Shown piece after piece: positions 21,922 through 31,289 of a stretch of 32,000 nt of DNA. The notes beneath the pieces were generated by a model. The model saw nothing but the letters and a program-made list of their open reading frames with translations. It was not told the origin of the DNA and made no database searches. The stretch covers positions 450,001-482,000 of the forward strand of contig CP042461.1 of NCBI GenBank assembly GCA_004563595.2. The letters are read 5' to 3'. This DNA comes from Candidatus Saccharimonadota bacterium. GTDB taxonomy: Bacteria; Patescibacteriota; Gracilibacteria; BD1-5; UBA6164. Positions within the stretch are counted from its first letter, which is position 1, and the number at the start of each line of letters is the position of its first letter. Both the position numbers and the translations under genes were made by a program.

Positions 21922-22725
21922 ATGAATAAGGAAAATTATAAAAATTATCATGATGAGATTAATGAAAAACGAATTCATTCATCATATCCGATAAGAGCAT
22001 ATGCGCATTTAAGACAATATGATTGTTTTATAGATAATATCCCAAGTGATGTAAAAACTGTTCTAGAAGCCTGATGTTGAGAGTGAACTTTAACAATCAG
22101 AATAGCGAAAAAATATCCTAATTTGAATATCAAAGCATTTGATATATGAGAAGAAAATATCAAATCAGCTAAATTATTAGCAAAAAAAGAGTGAATAAAA
22201 AATATAGAATTTTTTAATTGAGATGCAGAAAATATAGACTTCCCTGATAATTCTTTTGATTTAGTTGTGAGTTCTCATGTCTTGGAACACCTGCCTTCGT
22301 TTGATAAATGATTAAGTGAATTAAAAAGAGTATCAAAAAAACATGTTTTTTTTGCTGTGCCAACATGTTTAAACTTATCCTGTTTTTCTTTATTATGATA
22401 TGATAATTATTGGAAATTTTCTACTAGAAGTATTTTTTCATTGGGTGTTGGTTTTTGCAGAGTATTATTTTCGTTCATAACTTTTTCAGAGTGACCTGAT
22501 GAGTGATATTGACCAAATAAGGATATACATATATGGAGGTTTCCTTGGATAGTTAGAAAAAAAATAAAAAAATCTTGATTAAAATTAATTTCATATAAGG
22601 CTTCAAGTTTACTTTTTCCATATTTCCTCCTTTGACTCTCGAAAAAAATAGATGAAAGTTTTTCTGCTAAATCGTATTTTAGAGAATTTTGATTTTGAAC
22701 AACTTTTTATTGTAGGAAACAGTAA
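21922..22725 (+). CDS. Class I SAM-dependent methyltransferase (Methyltransf_11-like)
   Basis: 267 aa. VLEAGCGEGTLTIRIAKK, AFDIGEENI, FDLVVSSHVLEHLP. The C-terminal ~110 aa are partly hydrophobic and unassigned. Confidence 0.72.
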
Positions 22726-23976
22726 TTAACTTTTTCTTAATAAAAATATACTAAGCAGTAGTCATATTATTCTTGTTGTTATTCTTCATATTATTGCTCA
22801 AACAATTCAAAATAGCAATATTCATATTAAAGGCAATATTACTAATAATATTGGAAGTATCGTATTAAAAATATTTATAAATGTAGTTTTTCTTTTGGAA
22901 TTTAAATATGTTATTATTAAACTACTAGGAAAAGCAATAAAACTTAACATGAAAATCTGACTATATAATAAGGCTGACTCCAAATATCAAGGGTAAAATA
23001 ATTTAAAAATAAATGGAGCTAAAATTATATAGGTAATAATTAAAATAAAAGTAATGAAGAAGAACTTAGGGAGGTGTTTGTATATATCTTTTTTTGTAGT
23101 ATTTTGTTTTGTCAGTTTTGGTAAAAACATTTGAGATATAGGCCCCGTTATATTTTTGACTTGATCGGGTAAAAGTGTAGCAATAGTATAAATAGCTAAC
23201 TCTTCGAAACTGAGATAAGTTCATATGATTATCTTATCAAAATGATTTGCAATAATTAATGGGATCTGACCAAAGCTAATTTTTTTTCAAAAATTAATTA
23301 ACTCATTATTAGAAATATTATTTTTAAGATAATGTTTTGGTATTAAATAATAGCTATAATATCATCAAATGATGATATTTGATAACATAAAAGAAATTAT
23401 TGATATGGTTAGGTCTTTGGTAATATAAATAGATAATCAAGTAATTGTAAGTTGGAAAAGATGAAAAAAAGATTCATATTTTGCTTTTTTATTAAATAAT
23501 TCTTTTCAATTGAAGTAAAATATGAAGTAAGTAGATGTGGTATAAAATGGGAATAATAGTCAAATAAATAGAAAAATAAAACTAGCATACTCTCTTCAAT
23601 ATACGTAGGCATACAAACTTGCTATGATAAGTCATAGACTTCAAAGTAAACTATATTTAATAGCGAGCTTTATAGCTTGTTTGTAAGTCCCCTCTTGTTT
23701 TTTTACAATTCATTGAATAATAGATGAACTGAGTCATGGAAGTCAAGAAATTGCAAAAATTCAAATAACTCACATAATAAAACTCCATTGACCAAATTGT
23801 TCTTGAGTAAGGAACCTAGTAAGTAAAATACTTAAAGTAAAGAATTTAAATATAACTGCAAATTGACTTAGGTATAACCAAAATCAATTCTTCAAAAAAT
23901 ATGGTAAATCTAATCACCATTTTTTTCAGTAAGTTTCACTTAACTTATATATTTTACTTTGAAGGTTTTTAAGCAT
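22726..23976 (-). CDS. MOP-superfamily oligosaccharide flippase (Wzx-like)
   Basis: 416 aa, multi-pass and hydrophobic throughout. ...FAVIFKFFTLSILLTRFLTQEQFGQWSFIMGVIGIFAI... and ...FEELAIYTIATLLPDQVKNITGPISQMFLPKL... The frame was checked for TAA/TAG. Its stop codon abuts the stop of the convergent methyltransferase (taa|tta). Confidence 0.7.
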
Positions 23977-23977
23977 T

Positions 23978-24934
23978 TTAGATCTTATAATATTCTTTAT
24001 ACCAATTCACAAATTTTTCAATAGTATCTTCAATCTTTATTTTTGGTTCCCAATTGAGAGTCTTTTTGGTATGTTCTATATCTGCCCAAGTAGATTTTAC
24101 GTCTCCATCTTGCATTCAAACATAGTTTCTTTTGGCTTTGATTCAGGTATGTTTTTCAAGTAAACTAATCATAGTTTCTAGTTGAGTTGGAGTATCGTTT
24201 CACAAGTTGAATATTTCATATTTTGATATTGTATGGAGACTCTTTATTACTCAATCAACTATGTCATCTATATCAGTGAAATCTCTCTCCATCTTTCAAT
24301 GATTATAGATATCTATAGGTTTTCATTCAAATATGGATTTCGTAAATTTGAAATATGCCATATCAGGTCTCCCATATGGTCATTGTACTGTGAAAAATCT
24401 GAGTCATGTTGTTGGAAGTTCAAACAGATGCGAATACGTATGAGCTATAAGTTCATTTGATTTTTTAGTAGCAGCATATAAAGAAATAGGGTTATCAACA
24501 GGATCTTCTACTGAAAAAGGTTGTTTTTCATTTTTTCAATAGACACTGGAGCTTGATGCATATACAAAATTTTTCACCGTATACTCTTTGGCTAGTTGAA
24601 TTATATTTTGAAATCATACTAAGTTTGATTTTATATATGCTTTTGGATTTTCTATACTATATCTTACTCATGCTTGAGCAGCTAAATTACAAACCTTATC
24701 TATTTTATGTTGCTTAAAAACTTCTTCTAATTCTTCTGAGTTACTTAAGTCTCATTTATAAAATATGAAATTTTCATAAGTTTTTAGTATATTTCTTCTT
24801 GATATTTTTAGGTCAACGTCATAGTAGTCATTCTCGCTATCAAATCATATTATTTTAGCTCAGTTTTCTAATAATTTTTTGGCTAAATGAAATCATATAA
24901 ATCAGCTCGTTCATGTTATTAAGATGGTTTCCAT
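23978..24934 (-). CDS. NAD-dependent epimerase/dehydratase, UDP-glucuronate 4-epimerase-like
   Basis: 318 aa. ILITGTSGFIGFHL (Rossmann), [18 protein letters not shown] (YxxxK), and [21 protein letters not shown]...[10 protein letters not shown], typical of the Cap1J/GAE group. The stop lies 1 nt before the downstream flippase ATG. Confidence 0.82.
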
Positions 24935-24978
24935 TATTTGAAGTTCATTATAAATAATTTATTACATTTAGTATACTT

Positions 24979-25022
24979 TAAAAAAATAAAATTCAAGCAA
25001 TTGCTTGAATTTTATTTTTTTA
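24979..25022. terminator. 44-nt perfect palindrome / bidirectional terminator downstream of ugd
   Basis: ttaaaaaaataaaattcaagcaa|ttgcttgaattttattttttta is self-complementary across 24979-25022. The core stem is aattcaagc/gcttgaatt, with A-run and T-run flanks. Its right end overlaps the ugd stop codon (25020-25022). Confidence 0.6.
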
Positions 25023-26339
25023 TCTTCATATCGATGAGTAATCAAATCATAATTTTTCCATTTCTTCTTTTCTCCATAAATTTCTTCCATCAATTATAAC
25101 ATTCCCATTCATTAATGATTTCATTTTCTCAAAATTTGGAATTCTAAATTCATCCCATTCTGTGAGAACGATAAGAGCATCAGATTCATTTAAAACGTCA
25201 TAGTAATTCTCTCAGAATGTAATTACATTATTTCAATTATATTCTTTTCTCATATGACTCATTGCTACAGGATCAAAAGCTTTGATTTCTTTTACTCAGA
25301 GTTCAAGGAGCTTATTAATAACATCGATACTAGGAGCTTCTCTAATATCATCAGTCTTTGGCTTGAATGAAAGTCACCATATAGAAATAGTTTTTCATTC
25401 GAGGCTATCAATTTTTTCTAACACTTTGTCTATTACTTTTGTTTTTTGTAGTTTGTTTACTTCTTCAGTTGCTTTAATTATTTTGAAATCATAATTGTAC
25501 TCTTTTCATGTTTCAATTAATGCTTGTACATCTTTTGGAAAACAGCTTCATCCGTATCATATACCTGCTTGTAAAAATCTATGTCCAATTCTATCATCAA
25601 GTCATATTCATTTACTGATATCTCAAATATTTGCTCATACTATCTCAGCAAAGTTCGCTATTTCATTGATAAAACTTATTTTTGTTGCTAAAAATGCATT
25701 TGCTGCATATTTAATTATTTCAGATGATTTTAAGTCTGTGAAAATAAGAGGTCTATCAGTTCTAATAAAAGGTTTATATATTTCTTTCATTATTTCCTTT
25801 GCTTTTTCTGACTCTAGTCAGCATACAATTCTATCAGGCCCCATGAAGTCTCTTATAGCCATTCATTCTTTTAAAAATTCAGGATTTGAAACTATATCTA
25901 TTTTTACCTGAGCAGATCTTTTTTTGATTTCTTCTGATATAATATCTTTACATAACTTACCCGTTCATACGGGAACCGTAGATTTATTTATAAAAACTTT
26001 ATAATCACTGACATTTTCTCATACAGTTTGTGCTACGGCTTTTACAAATCTAAGATCAGCTTTGTGATTTTCATCTGGAGGAGTTCATACTGCACTAAAA
26101 ATAGCTTTTCAAAATGCTATTCATTTTTTTGCATCAGTAGAAAAGACTAATCTTCATTCTTTATGATTTCTGAGAACTAGTTCCTCTAAACCGGGTTCAT
26201 AAATAGGAATAATTCATTTCTCTAAATTATCGATTTTATTTTGGTCTATGTCTATACACATAACTTCATGTCATACCTCAGCCAGACATGTTCCAGTTAC
26301 AAGTCATACATATCAAGTTCAGAAAACTGTTATTTTCAT
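25020..26339 (-). CDS. ugd: UDP-glucose 6-dehydrogenase
   Basis: 439 aa. [26 protein letters not shown] (all three Gly of GTGYVG are TGA), AVGTPPDE, NPEFLKEG, GIGYGGSCFPKDV (catalytic Cys), [14 protein letters not shown]. The frame was checked triplet by triplet. Confidence 0.93.
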
Positions 26340-27847
26340 TTTCTTAATTTTTTAATTTCTAATGTAAAATTTTTAACTTTATCTCAATTTAATATTCAGA
26401 ATAATCAGAACCAAAGCAAACTAAATATAATCATATATAATATACTGAGTCATCTTCATATTCATTCGAATATTGGTAGGACTCAATAATATGCAAAAAC
26501 ACTAAAAAATCATATAAAAAATAAATTCTTTGTTAAAAACTTTATGTCATAGTTTATAAAGTATTTTTTTCATAGATATATTTCAGACATTCACCATATT
26601 ATTATCCATCATATTCAAGTGGCTAGTGCAGCTCACTCTACTCATATCGTTTTTAAGAATATCAAATTAAGAGTAAAGTTTATGATTATAGCTATGCTTA
26701 TAATTTTTACTCTTGCCGTTACTTTTCATATTCAAGCGAGTATGTTGAAGTTAATCTGAAGTAAAAAATTAAAAATAAGAAATAAAATAGAATACTGCAA
26801 TATATTTCATGATATTTTATAATTTTCTCAAAAGAGAATAAAGGTAATGACATGTGCAAAAATAAAAAACAACGCATTAAAAGTAAATCAAATAACAATA
26901 AAATTATTCGAAAGAAGTCACTTTATTTTTTTAATTCAATCTATTTTATTTTTAGAATGTAGATCTGAAAATACTGGCATTAATAAAGCAAATATTGGTC
27001 ATAATAATAGAAATGGAATTCATATAATACTGAGATATACAGTATAGAGTCATACCTCTTTTGTTCAGAGAAGATAAATAATCATCTGCATATCAATTTG
27101 ACTGAGTATGGTTGCTGCTTGTGCTCACATAAAGACAAGCAGAGCATATTTTATTACTGTTTTAAAGAGTTTCTTATCAAAAGAAATTGGTATTTTTTTT
27201 AAATATACCTTATAAAATTTATTATAAAATATACTTATTCATGCTATAAGTCAGAATCATAATCATACAATCCACATGTATGAGAAATACTCTAAGCTTG
27301 TTTTATTTAGGAATATTAATAGAAAAGTAAAGAGTAGGGAAGATACCAATCGTATTAAATCTATTATTTTTGAATAATAGGTGTTTTGAATAGCTAGAAA
27401 AAAGGTGGTGATAATCTGGAAAAAGTTTATTCATATAAAAAAGATACAAAAAATCTGGATAGTTTGAACGGCTTCAACATTATGAAAATAACCTACTGCA
27501 ATATTATTCGAGAATATATAAAGTAGGCTTGCAATAATTGTACTTGAAATAGTTTGTATAGAAATACTATAAAATAATATATTTTTTATTTTCCCATAAT
27601 TTCATTCATTTAAAAATCTTGGAATAAAATACTTTAAACTTTCAGTTATTCAAAAATCATTAAATGCTCCTATAAGAGTTACTAAACTGATGATTCAGTA
27701 AATGATTCATATCTCTTCTACACTTAATTCTCAAGTTAATATAATCTTTATTATATATCAGATTGGTGCAATAATATAGCTCAGTAAATAGAGCCAAAAT
27801 GTATTGGTCAAAAATTTTTCAGAGAGTGTTTTGTGTTGCTCAGTCAT
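26330..27847 (-). CDS. MOP-superfamily polysaccharide flippase (second copy; Wzx/polysaccharide biosynthesis protein type)
   Basis: 505 aa, about 12-14 hydrophobic segments. TNTFWLYLLSYIIAPIGYIIKIILTGELSVEEIGIIYGIISL..., LLVFMGAQAATILSQIDMQMIIYLLG, GVEGAALATGIGWIIIW. Its 3' end overlaps the ugd start by 10 nt. An alternative start is at 27862. Confidence 0.75.
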
Positions 27848-27995
27848 TGAGTGAAAAATCATAAATATTACAAACCTTGATTATGCCTTCAAGTGTAACT
27901 TTTTTAACATATTTTTCAAAAGTTTTCTTTACAAATCTGATAAATTCTTACACTATTTTTAATAACATGAATATTATTTATTAAATTTTAAAAAA

Positions 27996-30900
27996 ATGGT
28001 GAGTTATTTATTAAAAATTTTTATCCTCGTTCTCTTCTCTTTTTTTATAATCTCATCTTTCTATTGAGTCACAGCTCATCAAGAAAATTTTGATTGATAT
28101 ATGTCTTATATAGCTATTATATCAGTGATTTATAGTATTTATAAATACTTGCAAGTTGAATTCTCTGTAGATAATAAAGCTATTTTTACACCATTTAAAA
28201 TATTTTGATTCTTTTGTCTTCATTTACTCGTTCTTTGTAGTCTCTTCTTTGTATTTAATGGAGTCTCATTTATAAGCTGATTCGGTTTAATTCTAAAAAT
28301 ACTATTCTTTAGCTTATTACCTATTTTCATAATTCTCACATCAATTTCATTTTGAAAAAAGATAATTTCATTTTTTCCAGAATTTTCGAAAGAATCAGAT
28401 ATATTTCAATTTATAATTTCTCTCTGACTTTGATTCTTCTCATTTCTTTTCTTACTCAGCATAATTGGAATGTTTTGATTCTATCATATGTGAGCAGTTT
28501 TTCTTATCTTAGGATTATTTCTAATATTTTCATATAAACAATTCAACTCTTTGGCTGACGGTTTTTTTAATTATAGAATAGAACTAGATATAAAAGAATG
28601 AATGTATCTGAAGCTTATTTCAGCTGAATTCTTATTCCTTGTGTCTACGTTACTCTTATCAGTAAATTTAATTAGTATTGTAAGACCTTTTCCAATTGGT
28701 TGGGATGATTTATGAGCATATATGAACCTACCACATCTCTTAGCAGAAGGTTGAAGTATGATATCTTTTTGATGAATGTACTCATGGCAAATGTTTACAG
28801 GGATTTGATATATGTTCAACTCTCCAGTGCAAGCATTTTACCTGAATAATGTAGGATGATTCATGTCTTTCATTATCTTAGTTCTTATTACATCAGATTT
28901 ACTGAAAAGTAAGCTAAAAAAGACATATATAAATATACCTATGTTAGTAGGAACTTTGTTTATTGCTTTACCTATGGTTGTTTTTCAACAAGCAAAGGAT
29001 ATGAAACTTGATATTGGTTTATTCTTTGTCAGTATCATCAGTATATATTTATTATATAAGTACATATTAAAAGAGACTAATAAGACTTTATGAACAAAAA
29101 TAAAAGAAAAAATATCTCAAATCCCTTCTTCTTTTAAAAAAGGAACTATTGAAATACCTCATGATTTATTATTTATTTGAATAATTTGAATTTTAGCTTG
29201 ATTTGCTTTTACCATTAAATTCACATCACTTTTACTTATATCTGCATTATTTTGAGTTCTGTTTTTTAGTAGACTTTGAATGACTTGATTTTTGTGATAT
29301 TTGTTTTTATATTTTTCAATATTTACAAAAGGAGGGCTTTGGTCAATGATGAATGTAGTGTATCCAAAAGAAAATATAGAGTTTATAAATATATTTTCAA
29401 TTATATCACTTGTAGTTTGAATTGCATTTTTAGTGTTTTCTATTCGTAAGAATACAACAAATTTTAAAAAATTACTTTTAGAGTTGGGAGTGTTTTTACT
29501 CGGAACATTTATTTCCCTTTCTCCTTGGCTTTCTAAAAATATCTATAGCTCATATCCAGATATATCAATATCATATATACTGAATGGAAACTCAGTTTCA
29601 TTTGAAAAAGATTATTTAAAATTGTACTCTGAGACTGATTTAAAAGTAATTAAGGATAATATATCAAAGGCTATACAAAGTGATGATTCCGTAAGAATTG
29701 GAGAAGATTATTGAAGGTATTTTGGTTATGAAAAAGGTATCAATAATTATGTTAAGCTTCCTTGGAATCTTACTATGCAATCAAATCAGTGATGAGAATT
29801 TACAGGAATTAGTTACTTATTTTTAGCTCTTTTACCTATAATATTTTTATTCTTACCGTTTAAAAATAGATATTTTGCTTTTTGAGTATTAGCCATGCTT
29901 TTATTGGAATTACTTATTTATGTTATTCCCTCATCAAGGATATTCTTCACGTACCTATTTTCTCAGTTCTCACTTCCATGAGGATACAGTATAATATTAG
30001 CAGTATTTTTAGTCCCTCTTATTTACTTTGTTCTTACATTAAAAGATACAACGAAAAATACCTTATTTAAAATGAACTTAGTATTTGCTTCATTTTATAC
30101 TTTTCTTTGGACTATATCAGCATTTGGAATTGTTTGGTACGGAATCACCATGTATTTCAATTTCTTATTAATGATTGCTATAGGTTTGTACTATCTGTCA
30201 TGTTACAAAGAAACTGATAGCGAAAAAGAAAAGCAAGTAAAAATGTTTGGATCAATTATAGCATTTTTAATTATAGTTATATATATATTTAATTCAGTTT
30301 TTCCTCATAGTTTTAACAATTTGAAATCTGCTTCCTATAAAGAATACAAGCTTGGTGATCTCACAACAGCTGAAGCATCATACCTATACCATCCAGAGTA
30401 TTTACCAATTCTTTTTGAGTTGAATATTGCTGAAGATAAAAGAAAGGACTTCATAAAAAGTAAATTAAAACCCTCTACTATTATTGGCGTAAAATGAATT
30501 GAAGACTTTGATATAGTAACATTGACTCAAATCTTGAGACAATTATCAAATTTAAAAAACGAATTATCAAATGATGCATATAGTTCATTACAAGATATAT
30601 ATTCTGGTATCTCAAATCCAAAAGAAGAATTCAAAAATAAAAAATGAATTTATAGAATAGGAACTTTTCTTAAATACCATATATCTGAAAATAATGTAAG
30701 ATTATTAGAGGATTCTCTTGTAACACAATTTGATAATTATATTTATACTTGAAATATTGATACTACAGTTGATAACATTAAGAAACTTTGACTTTGATAC
30801 CTACTGGTAGATTTAAATGCTCCAACTATTGATAGAGATCCTCGTCACGCTTTAACAACAAGGTATGAGAAGTTGTTGAGTATTTTTACTTCAGAAAATC

Positions 30901-31256
30901 TAGAGTTAGTAGAAACAGATAGCATATGTTTGAAAATTGCACTTGAATCTTATGGTAATTCAGAGAAACAGAGCAAAGACTTAACTCGTTATTATAATTT
31001 GGCTTGAGTGAACTATGAAAGCTATACAGATGAATGAAAAATAGTAAGGAGATGAGATAAACAAATTTTATGTTATAGTTATATATATAGACTTATAGCG
31101 GAAGATAAAGTAGATAGTAATAATTATTCATATTTATTAGGACTTAAAGCTCTAATAGATATGAATAAAGATACATTAAATAATGATAATGCTATTTTAC
31201 AATTTCTACACTCAAAAATACCTGCAGGGTATAAAGTTTTATTTAAAGTGAAATAA
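27996..31256 (+). CDS. Giant integral membrane protein, GT-C-fold glycosyltransferase-like (PMT_2/ArnT-like module) with N-terminal TM extension and C-terminal soluble domain
   Basis: 1086 aa in one frame (checked triplet by triplet), with many predicted TM helices. The loop after the 7th helix reads VRPFPIGWDDLGAYMNLPHLLAEGG, matching the acidic D-[DE]-x3-Y...L..G first-loop signature of GT-C enzymes. The last ~250 aa are hydrophilic (IEDFDIVTLTQILRQL...LVDLNAPTIDRDPRHALTTRYEKLL...). Confidence 0.6.
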
Positions 31257-31289
31257 AAAAAACTCTCAAATTATTTGAGAGTTTTTTTT
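31255..31289. terminator. Perfect palindromic bidirectional terminator shared by convergent genes
   Basis: aaaaaaaactctcaaa (31255-31270) tta tttgagagtttttttt (31274-31289): 16-nt perfect arms. The left arm begins inside the TAA of the GT-C gene (31254-31256). The 3-nt loop tta is the TAA stop (minus strand) of the riboflavin kinase fusion gene. Confidence 0.7.

Noticed and set aside
24880-24934. Apparent +1 frameshift splitting the Rossmann motif at the N-terminus of the epimerase
   Set aside because: This was my own transcription slip. Re-reading the printed sequence gives a continuous [25 protein letters not shown] with no shift, and the whole 23978-24934 frame is free of TAA/TAG.
25282-25911. 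Two adjacent plus-strand ORFs (70 and 138 aa) from the track
   Set aside because: Both lie antisense inside ugd (25020-26339, minus). With TGA=Gly, the ugd translation is a full-length UDP-glucose 6-dehydrogenase.
29697-29730. GEDYGRYFGY resembling the WWDYG motif of oligosaccharyltransferases (STT3/PglB/AglB), which would make the 1086-aa protein an OST
   Set aside because: Both tryptophans are absent. The segment is followed by at least five more TM helices rather than opening the C-terminal periplasmic domain. The LLAEGG similarity to STT3 loop 1 is too short to carry weight. I kept only the generic GT-C inference.
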